Source of the DNA: Amoebophrya sp. A120
Lineage: Eukaryota; Protista; Dinoflagellata
Direction: 5' to 3'
DNA length: 64,000 nucleotides
Assembly (NCBI GenBank): GCA_905178155.1
Contig: CAJINV010000001.1
Location: forward strand, 14,443,379 to 14,507,378
Made by a program: the position numbers and the translations under genes. Positions 22,172 to 35,500 of this stretch are shown here, in pieces; position 1 is the first letter of the stretch, and each line of letters opens with the position of its first letter. The notes beneath the pieces are model-generated. The model saw only the letters and a list, made by a program, of their open reading frames with translations, searched no databases and had not been told where the DNA came from.

Positions 22172-23593
22172 GTTTTTGCTTGCGCGCGAAAAGTTGTAGA
22201 CTGCTTGGTTGCGGTTGCGACAAAAACTACTCTATCAGTTTCGAAGAAGAACAACTCAGCAAATAGGTGTACGTTAGAATAAAAAGGAAAGGGAAATTTC
22301 GCAAATAATGGGTCTCTCTAAGTATATGTGAATGGCTACCACATAATGTTGGGTTCTGCGGACTTTGATTGGTTCTGCCACGGGTAGACTACTTCGTAGT
22401 CTTAGAAGTGCATTTCTTTGTATTAACTCGCTAGTTGTAGTCCGAAAATTCACACAAAGCTGGTCCATTTCCAGATGTCAGGGTACGCGGTCGTCTCTGG
22501 CCTGCTCGTAGTCATGATCAGCACACATTCCTTCTACTTTGTTATGTTTGCAGTTGGACGCGTTTTTCCCCACGTATGATCTCTACCGAGAAGCTGCTAG
22601 CACCGGAAGAACATGTCCGAATAAAGCAACAGGTTTATTTGAACAGCTCTAAAGCTAAATTACCGACGAATTTCCGCTTTTGAAGAACACAAAACTAAAT
22701 GATGCGATGGAGTGTGAATGTCCTCAACCTCATGACTGCCCTGAGTCACACACTTTTTTTTGCTGCAACGCAGCGGACGTTGCGTCAGAAACTACGAGAT
22801 AAGTCAACAATTAGAGTGCCGGATAGACAAGAAACAATCACACTTGTATATTCCTCGATTATTTCTTTTGATTTTGCTTATTTCTATTAGTACTTTCTGT
22901 TTCTGCTCGTTAGATTTTCATCGTTCTCGAGAGTTCTATGGGTAGTACATTTGTGTTCGTCTAAGTACACTAAGTGTAGCAAAAAAAGTTCAATAATAAG
23001 GAGCTGTATGTATGTCTTGTGCGTTAGCAATGATTTCTATCCAAAAAAATCTCGAAACTACATAAACTGATGGGCAAGAACAGGAGGCGAGAACGTCCTC
23101 GGCCAACTGTGTGGTCCATGAGAAATGAAAAGTGAAAAGTACAAGTATGAGCACAAAGGACTGAAAATGGTCATAGAGCTACAGCGAAACACCACGCATA
23201 GCTAAAAGTATGTCAGTCGTCGTGTGTGCCCTCTTTATTCCCAATAAAATTCTCGACTTGCTAATGGTAATGCTATGAAAGTAGAAGATTCGTTCTTGTA
23301 CGTACAAATTTTTTATATGTATATCGGCAGTGTTCCTATGTGTTCATCACGACACGACCTCACCATTTTCTATGTGCGAACTTGATGAAAAGTTCTCGAA
23401 AGAACCCGACGAAATTCCGTCCATGGGTTCTTGTAGTGTACCGAGTCTTCGTGATGTTGATCGTAGTGGCGGTTGTAGAAGCACACTTTAGTTCAGCATG
23501 CGTTACACTTTGTGTGTAGAGATACAGAGTAAAAGATGGCGATAAAGCATCAGTACAGAAAAAGAAGGCTAGAGACACTTGCTATCGATCTGC

Positions 23594-26500
23594 CTAGGCG
23601 AGTACAAAGCGGCGAAAGTGATTTCCGTCGACGTAGCCCACGAGGTACATGCCGTTCCGTTGCAGTGCATCCTGGAGCTCTTTCCATCCAGCGAAGCGCT
23701 GGTACACTTCACTTTTCCACGAGTTCAACTGTTGACGGATAGCTACCTGTTGTTCTCTGTTAAACTGCCTACGCAGGTCCTGCGCCAGCGCTATGCCGCG
23801 ACCGTTGGCGTAGCGCCACTTCGCCATGGCCTCGCGCACCAGGCTCTGTTCGACACACACAGTCCGCTTCCCTTGCAGAAGGCGGTGGTCTGCTGCAAAA
23901 ACAGACGCCAAGTCGGTGGCATCGTTGCCGTCCATGAGGAGCGCGATCCAGCGAGGCAGTTCCAGCTCTTCCCTGGACAGAGGAACGGCCGAGTCAGGCA
24001 TTTGGATGTAGCTCAGGTACTGCTTCAGCATCAGGGTGAACAGATCCTGGCTTGCGTCCGCCCCCAATGTTGGTGCGAACCGCTGGCGGTGAATCTGGAA
24101 TGTCGACATCTGGTCTCCCTTCCCGATCATTACGCGGAACCGCGCTTCGCACAGAACCAAGGCTGCCAACTTCCGCAGCAGTGAGCCTTGCCCGGTTGAT
24201 GCCAGGTTTTGTTCTACTTCGGGGAAGTGCCTTCCGAAAGCGAGCAGCAAAGCTTCCATGCCCTCCCACACCTGTTGAAACAACTCTGGCGGCTTTCCCG
24301 CTTCGTTATGATTTCTGTTGAGGACGAAGGCATTATACTGCTGCTCGAATTGTTCCAGCCAATCCTGCACTTGGTCCTCGTCTTCCTCCTTGGTCGTGAG
24401 AGGTGGAAACAGGTCCCAAAGTAAACTTGCAGCGTCTGGCAAGACGATTTTGTCAACAACCTCATCACTCGTCCAATCCTTTATTCCCACCGCCTTATCG
24501 AGCTTATCCCACGGTTGCCCGTTCGCCAGCGCCTTCGCGACGCTATCCCGTGCCGTCTTCATGTCCCGCGAGACCCGGTTGTGCAGCTCTCCGACGTCTT
24601 CAAATCCCTTCTGAAGGGCATGCAACTCTTCGGGCTGCAGATGTCCCGCTTGGACGGAGTCGTATTCGAGCAATGGGACGTGGATGTTGTGACCGTGGTC
24701 CTGGTCAAACTGATCGATGTTGTTCTGATAGCTGACATTGATCTGGAGGAGCATCCTTTCCACCCTTTCCGCGACTTCTAGCTGCATTTCACCATCTTCA
24801 TCATCCGCACCCCCGTGAAGATGTGCGGGATGATCAAGAACCTCGCGGAGTTTCTGACCAAGGTTCGCCTCATTTCCCAAGCACAGCTCGCGAATTTTGC
24901 TGGCGAAGTGCCTGCGCGGGTTGCCCGGGAGTTTCAACTTCCCCTCGTAGTTCCTGTCAGTGTTGGAGGACGCAAGCAGCGCATTCATGCCGCACGTATT
25001 GTTTTCAGAATCGGCGTCAAGCCAGTGCCAGCGAATCGCACGGCCGGTGCCGTCCAACGGATTACTGATGGCCTCGTCTTCAGTTTCGTTTCCGCACTCC
25101 CCCTCGGTCTTCAAATCGCTGCCCTCACGAGTGTTCAGGAACTGCTCGAAATCGGCTTTCAGTGCGACGAGCGCAGCGGTTTTATTTTCGTCGGCAGTAC
25201 TACTGTCGTTCGGCGAAACTGGCCCTGGTGAAGAAGGTCCAGACGGGCCGTGATGATCTGCGTCCGGGTCATCGTGGTATGCATTGCAAAAGTATCGCAC
25301 TACCTAGCAAGCTAGTATAAATCGCATTTTCTCTGGAATGTCAATTATTTTTTCATTTGTATAAATATATGCTGAATATTATATGACACTCACGAACAAG
25401 AAACCAGATTCGTCGTGCAAGTCTGGTATGTGTACGAGTATGGTACAACAACTTTTGCAATTCATATGTCGTGATCGTCAGCCATACTGCCTCCTTCCGA
25501 CAGCTGCGGGGGAGACTGAACAAGCTGCACTCGGAAGTGCAGATACGCCACTGGTGGTCCTTCCCGGTGTCGATCTTGCTCGTCCACACGACCGTCCTCG
25601 GGCAGCTCGGCTGGGGCTGCTTGCAGCATGGCCTGACTATATTCGTACCGGAACGGAATCCGCGAGATCTCGAAATCCGCGTCGCCCCCGTCCACGCGAT
25701 GGCTCTGGTGAAGGAAAACTAATTGCTGTCGGGAAGCGCCTTGCCATTGAGACTGCCAGTCTTTCAAGTATTCTGCGTAGTCGTTGTCCATTTGTTCGTT
25801 TTGCGCGATGTAGCCGTCAACGAAAGTCCCAGATGCCGCAGCAAACCACCTCTGCAACTCAGGCTCCGATTGCATCACCTCGGTTTCCTGGCCGTCCAGG
25901 ACCCGAACCCGATCCTCGCCTTCATTATCGGATGCGAGACTTGCTTTCTCTGGTCCAGTCCCGTCTTGTTGCAGTACGACCCGGTACTCCAGCTGTAGTT
26001 CCTGGTTGGCCTGCTCGTTCAAGAATCGAAACAACGGAGACCACACATCGCCTGGCGCAAGGCGCTCTCGGTGTGTCACCATATCATTCCAAAGTAATTG
26101 CTCCAAAATGGCATCCAGCTGTGCCCATGCGCTCGCGGTTTCGTATTCACCTTCAGTGGAATCCTGCGGCGCTGCCGCATTTCCCGGGCTATTGTCGTCA
26201 TAGTCCGCCACAGCAGGAGGCATCATACCCACATCTCCAGTATCGATTCCCGCGTGGGGGTGGGGCACAGACGACCCAGCACCACTACCAGCAGAATCAC
26301 TATGTCTATGCAGCTGCTCTCCGCCACTTTGGCCGTTGGAACGCTGCATCGACATCTGCTGGCCGTGCTCGATGGCCCCCCCAGTGCTCGTTGGATCTGC
26401 TTGCTCGCGGCCATCCTGATGCAGCTCAGAAAAAGCGCACGTTTCTCTACTTCCCGGCGGATCTTGTTCGCCTAAGTGCGCAATCTTTTCCTTGTGTTTC

Positions 26501-29500
26501 ATAGGCTGAGTATCAGCACTGATCGACAGCGCCTGCATATTAGTGTCCAAAGCCTCCAAAGACAAAGTCGCGTCGCGCTCGGCGCCTCCTTCTGCATCCG
26601 GATGAAGACCCGCTGCGAATTCATTGCCCTGGTCTCCGTGGTCAACATATAATCTGGCTGAACCATCAAAATGCTGCTCATCGTCGTTGCTATGTCGGCC
26701 TGAACCATCCGAATAAGCATCGCTGTCGGCAGCCTCAGCTTCAGCCTCAGCTTGAGCATCGTCGTTGCTATGTCGGCCTGAACCATCCGAATAAGCATCG
26801 CTGTCGGCTTCAGCTTCAGCTTCAGCTTTAGCATCGTCGTTGCTGTGTCGGCCTGAACCATTCGAATACTGCCCTGACTCCGCGTCGCTCTCATTGTCTG
26901 ATTCCACATCCGCAGTTGCAGAAGGCGGCAGTGGAGTACGAGTAGTGATCTTTTCTTCAATAATATCTGTTACAAAGGTATATTCCAAAACTCTGCTCGT
27001 GCTCATCGCTATTCCGCCCGCTTCTTGTCCAAGAACGGATACCAAGACGATACGAAGTTCGTCTAATGGTAATGTCGTCAAATTTTCTTTTAGGTTGCGA
27101 AGTTTACTGATGACATCATTCTGCTGGTCGTTGCGAAGCTGCGAGGCGATGGCGTGATATGACGCGGAAGTTGTGCTGTGATCATGTGACGGCGGGGCAC
27201 TCGGGTCGTCCACCACGTCCACCATGCCAGTCAGTGTGGCTTCCGACAGCCCAGCAAATTTCCCTTCATGGCGACGTATGCACTGCAAAAATATCGCATT
27301 AGTTTTGGAATCAGAATTTCTCTCTCTCTTTAATGCTGACCCTGACTGAGACTGAAATAGATACCTTTGCGACGATACTTAGTTATCACGACGCTGCTAT
27401 CGAAAGAAAAAGTGTTGACGTTACGGCTTTAAGTTTTTTGGAAAAAAAAAAATTTGGGTGTATGCTGGAGGTATGTTTTTGGTTTGTAAGTCGACCCATT
27501 CCCGCGATTAGTTCTCGCGGGACTGCGACGAAGCTCGCTTGGTTTGACCTAGCTAGTGCACAAAATATGACGGCGTAGGACTTCGCCTACCGGGGCCGCC
27601 CCCTGCCGTGCCTTCTCCCCGCCGCCGGCTCTTAGATCCGGGCCAGAACGCTCAAACCTCGAACCGTGGCTAAACCTCGGACATGTGGGCCTATGAGCTG
27701 GCATCTAGACGGCGTCTCCGCCAGTTCAGCTCTGTGCGGCTTTGCAAGTTTCCATCTCGGACCTTTCGGCGCCTTTTGTCAAATTTTCTCCATGATTGAA
27801 GAAAAGGTGGCACTTTCGAGGATGAGGGAAATGGGCAAATTTTGGGTACCAAAATGCCCAAAATTTGCCGGCACCCCAAAAACCGTCAACGCCTCATCTA
27901 GACACGACGGCATGGTCGATCGGGTCTTCCAGAAGCCTGCTTTTTTGCATGAAATCGACCAAAAAACCGTCAACGCCTCATCTAGCCAGCACGCTATGCT
28001 CGATTTGCCTGCTCAGAAGGTGCGCTCCCGTGCCCGCTCCGGTTTGAGTGAAGGGAAATGGACCATAGCGCGCTGTCTAGATGAGGCGTTGACGGTTTTT
28101 GTGGGATCTGCATTTTTTGGCCTCGAAATGGCGTCAAATCATTGATTTTTTCCTCGGATTTTTCCAATTCCCCAAAAAACCGTCAACATCATATAAAGAC
28201 AGCATGCTATGGCCCATTTTCCCTCACCAAAACAGGTCCATCTCCGGCGTCGATCGTTGCGACGCGTTGGTGGGCGGGTCTTGTCAGCAGTGCCGGGGCC
28301 CTGGCCCACCGGCTTACAGCCATCATGGCTCTTGAGCCCGGACAGGGATTGGGCAGCCATTTCAGGGCTTGAAGGGGCGCAATGTTGTGGCGGGGCCTCA
28401 TAGTTTTCGCACCTTGTGCACTAGCTTCCTCTCCCAGAGTTTTACCACTTTAGAGCCCCGCAGGGGCAAAGAGGGAGGCTGCGCGGCGGCGAGAAAAAAA
28501 AAAATTAAAATGATGGTGCTCAGTACCCACAAAAAATCTTTTTTCCAAAAAACTGCAAACCGTAACGTCAACACTTTTTCTTATGATAGCTGTATTTCCA
28601 GTGCCATTGCGTTTTTCGACAAAAATATATATAGTATTACACGATACTTTTTCACAAGATACCAAGGGTCGACAAGTACTCTCTCGGGAGTATGAAAAGG
28701 GTCCTCAGAAGTCGCAGTCGGTTTTCATCTTCACTTCTTGAGCGAGCATCTGCTGGCGTCGTCTGATTCTGGTCTTGTTCGTCGTGGCCCGCCTGTGTAT
28801 CTTCATGGTGGGCCACAGATGTACTTGCTAATGGTAGTTTCATCCGCCGATAGTACTGTTCCAATGTTACAGCGGCTAGGTCAATTCTTTCTGTGTGGTC
28901 GTTCGCTCCTTCAGCTTCTGTTCTACTTTGGAAGATGACCCGGCTCCAAGCAAATTTGCTCGGATAGTTGCAGAGCTTCCGTGCCCATGCGATCCGAACA
29001 GCAAATGCCCACCAGACTTCATTATCATCGCAAAGAGTGCCAATACGCTGATCCTGATGCATTCTATTGCTATTACTATTCAACCTCAAGTAGTAAGGTG
29101 CGACACCGTCTTGCCCCAGTGAGTCTCCAGATAGTCGCGAGGGTTGAAAACGTTGGAAGGCTGTCTTCAGCATCGTTTTCAGTTGGGCTAGCGGTCTACC
29201 ACCGCGGCCCGCATCATCCTCTGGCGCCAATAATCCGTCGAGAAAAGCCGACTTTAGATGTCGCAGCTTTGGTAGGTTCTTCGTAACGGCGTTGCGCTGT
29301 AGTGCAAACGCCAGATCCTTCATGTTCGCCTGACCTCGGAAGTATTCCTCCTGTAGCCTTGGCTGAAGATGCTCCTCGAACTCGTCCCAGAGTGTCTTCA
29401 CATCCGCTGACATCGTCACTTCTAAAACTTTTTCTTCAAACTCGTTGACGAAGTCGTTTTGGTACCTCGCGCGAAACGCCGTCATGCTTGCAGAATCGTT

Positions 29501-32500
29501 TGCCTGGATATTTAGCACGCCGCACCACAACTCCTCTGTAGCGAGACGACGCAGTTCTTCCATCGTCACTTCCAGAGCAGTATCATCCACGTGCCCGCCG
29601 CCCGTTCGCAAGGCTAACGGGTGCGCTCCACGGACCTTGGTGGCCCACGCGCTCTTGCTTGCGGCGGCTCGTGCATAGACATCGTGCGCCCGTTGGACGG
29701 GACTTGCAGCAACGCCTGCCTCAGCATCACAGCTTGCCGGTGTATCAGCCACAGCAAAAAAATTCGCTGCGTCCCCGTCTGCTATCGCGTCGGCATCGAT
29801 GATGTTCTCGAGAACAGCTTCTAAGACGACGCGCAACGGCTGCGGTAAAGCAGCGGACAAGTCGCTGCTTGCCGCAACATTCCAAGCCTCTTTCCACCTT
29901 TTCAAAGCGTCTCCAAATATCTCGGAAAACTGCTCGTCATGCGATAAGGCCGTCAATACTAGAGGGCTGTCATCCGGAAGGTCCTTCGCAATGACGTTGC
30001 TCCATAGCGAACGAGCCTCCGGGAATAACTGCACCGAGGCGGGAAGCTCTTGCACGGAGGTATCTTCTTCGAGAAGCACAAGCGGTTCATACGTCACTTT
30101 AAATTCGTACTCATGCATCTCGTCCTGTTCTGTATCTGTTTCTGTTAGCGTGGCGATGATATTCATGGTTTTCGTTCGAGGAGCATCGCGTGGTTGGGCT
30201 TCTCCTTGGTCGCCCTGCAACTCTTCTCCTGTCTGCGTGGCCTCCGGCTCCCGGCGCCGGTGCTCCTCCAGCTCTTGATCGAACGCCTGTTTCACTCGTG
30301 CCACTAGACCCTCATCGAGCTGGAGTTCCGCGAAGCCGTCCGACGGTGCCTCGACGTCAGCAGGGCCAGCTTCGTGGGATTCCTCCGCGTCCGGAAAGCG
30401 GTGGCCGTCGATTGCGCCCACGATGTCACCACCGACCGAGCTCGCGCCAGAGGAGATGTGATACACGTTGACGGGTAGAAGTTGCACAACCTGGTGCGCG
30501 CCGGCGCCTACACCGTTTCCATGGTGGTCTTGTAGTTCCTGCATCGCGATGTCGTCATTATCTCCAGCATCTGAGAACTCCACTGACGCCTCGACCTCGT
30601 CGGTTTGTTGTCCGGCGGGATAAGTGCGCCCAGAAGCGGAAGCTGCGTCGCTGCCAGCAGCGTCTGCTTCCTCGCGTTCGAGCTTCGCTTCCTCCGCTGC
30701 CAGTAGCTCGTCCGCCTTGCGCTGCTGCTCGAGCGCACGATTGTAATTGCTCTCCATTTGCTGGGCCCAGCCGGTCTTCCCATTTCGCGCGGTCTCAAAC
30801 ATGGCGATCAACTCTTCCAGCAGACAAAGCGAGAGCTCGGTTGGTATCTCTCTAAAGCTCTCGCGCACACTCTCCGTTGCCTCCCGTGCCGAGCGGCCCG
30901 TCGTCTGGAAGAGGAGTGCGTCCGCATGGTCGATAATTTTGTTCCCCCCGACCCCGTCGAGCGCGAAATACGGTTCGAAAAGATCTATCACCTCGTAGAA
31001 ACGATCGGCAGGCCGCACGTAACCAGGCTCGATGTCGCCAACAAGCCTCTCATGCACAACCCAATACGACGCTAGGTCGTGCAGCGCCAAAGTAATCTGC
31101 TGGGCGCGGCCAGAGCGCAACACGAGACGTGCCGTATCGCGAATGTACGTTCGCTCTTCGACGTCAAGAGACTCGCACCGACGAAAGACGTACTGCGATA
31201 CCGGCAGAAGTGCCGCCTCTTCGGCTGTGATTTTTTCTTTCTCTACGGCTGGCGTTCTCGAGATCGCACGGTTCCCCGCCGTGAAAGCAGGCACACCAAA
31301 ACCAATCTTTTTCTTTTGAGCAGGAGCACAACTGGACCTATCGACATCCCCGGGGTCGTCCGAACCCGCAGTGCTCACAGCTCTCATTTGTCTGTAGTCC
31401 GGATAATCGCACAGAACTGCCTCTGCATAGGGCATGTTGGCACGACTTGCTTCATCGGGGAAAGACTCTCCTGAACGCCGCCGCCGCGCAGTTTCTCTTT
31501 CATCTTCTCTACTGAGCGCATCCAAAATAATCGTAGCAAGGTGCTGGGCAACGTCGGGCTCACCTCGTACAACAGCACCGCCAGGCCCCTCGACCGCTCT
31601 GCGTCCTGTTGCTCCAGAATAATATTGCAGCTGGCGCAGTGCGTGTGCGTCGCCAGAGATTGCCGCGGCCTTGCCAAGATACTGCTGCCCTGACTCTTTT
31701 TCAAAAAAGTTGCTGGGGTACTGGTGGTAGTAGTGGCGAAGCTTTGCCTTCACCTGGGCGTCGCGATCCTCCGGCGCACCGTCGTCCTGGTCTGGAAGCT
31801 TCGGGTCTTCCTTCTTCCACTCCTCGTGCAAAACACTCCAAATCAAGCTAGAAAAGAAGGGTCTGGCTTTGTGCTCTTTCTTTATCAAAAACCACCGCGC
31901 CAGCGTAAACACTTGGCTTGCAGTCACCCGCTGACCGCCCTTCTTTGCGATCTCCTTCAAGAACTCGAGCAATCTTTTGGAGCGCAGCTGCAGTTTCCAG
32001 TTCGTCGTCGAATATTCAAGCAATGCCGTGTTCGCGTATTGCTTCCAATTGAGAACCGCAGCTGACGTCAAATGTGCGAAAGGCAGCCCGGAAGTTGCGT
32101 CTTGCAACATACTCGCTGAAGTAGACCCTGCCAGTGCAGAAGTAGGCTGCACAAGAACTGGACGCGGCGTAACGGCTGCTTCAGGCGGTGACGCGGAGGT
32201 GATAGCAGCGGCACGGCGCGGCGACAGAAACCCGCTGGGGCGGCTCTGCGTAGGAGGAGAGCCGTCAGCACCGCCTCCGTTCGTGCTTGGAGGTTCTTGC
32301 ATGTTCAGCTCGGCGCTGGTCTCGTCCAACCACTCGCGCAGCAGCTCTCGTTGCCGCTTCTGGACCTCCACGCTTATGGCACTTAGCGCACGCCGTTGCG
32401 CAAGTTGGACCTCGTCGACGCGTTGCTGATGCTCGTGCAGAAAGTGGCGCTTCAAGTAGCTTGAGATCGTAGTTACGTCGTGCGTCAGGTTGTCGAGGTC

Positions 32501-35500
32501 TGTGCCTTGGTCGACATGCTGCGGGGGCATCGTTGCTTGGAAGAAGTCCGCAACCAACTTGAGAGGGGTGGGCACGTCGTAAAAATCGAAGAGCAGGCGC
32601 TGCTGGAGCTCGGGGTACTCATCGCCCTTTGCCACCAGGGCCGTGGCGGCATCGGAAGCGGCCGCCGCCACGTCTCCTTGGTGAGTGGGGTGCGAACCAT
32701 AGGGCCCGGCCTCCTCGTTTCGCAGGATTAACAAATCCCGATCAGCCAGGTACAATGCGTAAAAAGTATGCTCCAACTGGTCAACTAACTCCGCATCCTT
32801 ATCCGCCTGCGATCGTGTAGTTTGCGGCGGTTCTACGCCCACTTGTTGCTGTTGCTCCGCTGGTGCTCTGTTTCTGTGCAAGTTCGCGTGCGCAACGAGC
32901 TCCTCCCAGAATCTGTGGCTGTCCCGCGTCCCGAAGACTCCTGCATCTGCATCGCGCAGAGAATGCAGTGCACGGGGTCGCTTCGCACGCCAGGTCTCTT
33001 CTGATATGTAGCCTGCTTGCCGAGCGTGGGCGAGAAGCTCGTTTTGTAAGTTCACCACCTCACGGAACGCTTTCTCCATTTTGCCACCCAGCCCGAAGAG
33101 CTCCTGCATGGTATGACTCCACACCCTGACTGCCGCACCCGCTGCCGCAGAATTACTGCTTGCCCCGCCTGCGGTTGCACCGACAACATCGTATCCCGAT
33201 TGTGACAGCTGCCCAGCCCTGCGGTGATAACTGCGCGCCTGCGAAGGTCCTGCCGCAGAGCTGCCAGAGGAGCTCGAAGGAGTTGTCGATGCTGCCATTA
33301 CTAACTCGACGCATGATTTTTTTTCCCAGTCGGTGGTCGATGACAATGTCCTCTTTTCCACGGCCAAGTGGATCAAGCAGGTGATCGCAGCTTTTCCTGC
33401 TTGCAACGCGTCAACCGTGAGGACGTTGCGCGCGTCGGAGTGCTGTAGACCATCGCCAAGCCTGGATCCGTGGTCGCTCCCGCGATTCGTAATCCCGTAC
33501 GGAAAAGCGTTTAGCCGGGCATCCAACATTTTCTTCAACACATCACCGGAAACTTTGCAAGGGTTGAAGCGCCCGGTCTCCAGGCCTTGCGCCAAATGCG
33601 CCCAGAGCCGAAGCGCAGGGAAAATCAAGGAGGGGCCATTCAACGCTGCGAAGAGCTGCATCCGCCAGTTCTTGGCGTTGCTGGCGAACGAACCAAACAA
33701 CGTGCGAAACACCTTCAGGGGCGCTACTTCGTCACCAGTAGAATCGCGGCCGCGCGTGCCTCTACTTTTGCTCGCCTCGAGACGTGTGCGGATCACCTGC
33801 TCGATCTCGCCGCTTTGCGCCAATCGGATGTTTTCCCCCTCCGCATCGTTAGCCCAGGCGTCAAAAACTTCGCTTTCCACTTGTAGCTTGCTGTGCAGCC
33901 AGCGGTGCAACATGCTGGGAGGCCCTTGGAACTGCAGGATATCGTCTGCCGCGGCTTGAAACGACGCTAACGAGTCCGCGCACGCGTCCGGGCAATCCGG
34001 AATCACGGGGCGCACAACCTGACGCAACGCCTCGCGCTCCCAGAACCGGCGGTGCTTGGGCGCAGAAAAGTCATTGAAGTACGGCAGATAGTCGGCTACC
34101 GCGCTCTTGCGCACCTCGGGAACGTTGGTTGCGAGATCTGGATCTCCGTAGACAGAGGCAATCTTGTCGTCTCTCGGGTTGTCGTTCCACGTCGGGCCGA
34201 TGGCTTCTTTCGCGACATTGTCCCTCTGCACCACCCGACGTACATCAACAGGCGTTCCAAGTTTATCTGCCGCGTTTTGGAAGACTGCAGCGATCTCAAA
34301 AGATGTCAGGTCCACTCCGTCCATGCTCCGTAGCCGTTCCCGCAAGAATCGCACGTCCGAAATCAGGTCCTCGGTGGCAGCAGATAGCCAAGAAAGAGCC
34401 GCGCCGTCGCTGCTTGAGCTGGCGCCACCAGCTGGTGCTGGTGCACCTGCTGCATTTGCGGAAGCAGTATGAACTGCAAAAGTTGTATCGTGCCAGTAGT
34501 AGTAGTTGTAATTGAAATACAATAAATTAGCTCAGCGTGGCAAATGGAATTTGTCATGCTGTTTTGCGTTGGGAACGGGATGGAGGTTGGTAATGCATGA
34601 CTGCGATTTGCACCACGAGTACGATACTTTTCTTGCACAGGATAGCCAGTGGCTGATGTACTTCTTCTCGGTCCATACACGACGTCTGTCAGTACGCGAC
34701 TGGCGTGCACTGCGGCCAGCAGCAGCTGGCGCTCCGTCGAGCCCACGTCGCGCCGGGGGCCCCACCAGTTATCCAGGAAAAAACACCCATCCCCATCCAT
34801 TTTTTCATCATCGATCAATCGGCGGTAGTGCTCTTTGCCGACCGGGTAACCCAACGCCTGGCATGCATATTGACGAGCCCCGTTGTGGGACTATCGAGCC
34901 CATCCACTTTTTGCATGACAAGCACTGGAGCTGGACTTTTTGCATGTTTTGCATGACAAACTGGATGGGGCTGGGTCTTTTTTGTGGATACCAGTACAAA
35001 CGAGAATACGTCTGATCGGGCCCGGGTATGACGCTTTCTGGCCGAGTGCGGTCTTCCTCGGGCGTCACGTTCTCTTTCTCGGCAGACTCGCGTGCGTCTT
35101 GTGGTAAGTTTCGGCGCGCTCGTGGCGAGTGACGTTTCCACATCTCGTTAACCTTATCGAACTCTCCGTCATTGTCCGCCAACACGTCTCCTGTGCGGCC
35201 TTCCTCCTTCAATGCGTCCAGGTCCGCGATCTTCGTTCCTTCTCCGCCCTCCGCTTGTGCGAAGTCGAATTTACGACCGTAGACAAATACGTTGTTGTTG
35301 GTGCCAATCATTTTGTAGTTGTCTGGTGGCAGACCAGTTTCCCCGTGGCCTCCGCCGATCCGCTTGCCGCACACTCCACACGCCCCCTGGTCCCTGCCCA
35401 GCCCGCCACAGGCGGACACGCGCTGAATTCGTCTGCAGAAAATGTGGCGAAACATCGACGTAGTCCGTCTTGAGGTGTCGGCTTCTAGCTTGCTGGTGTA

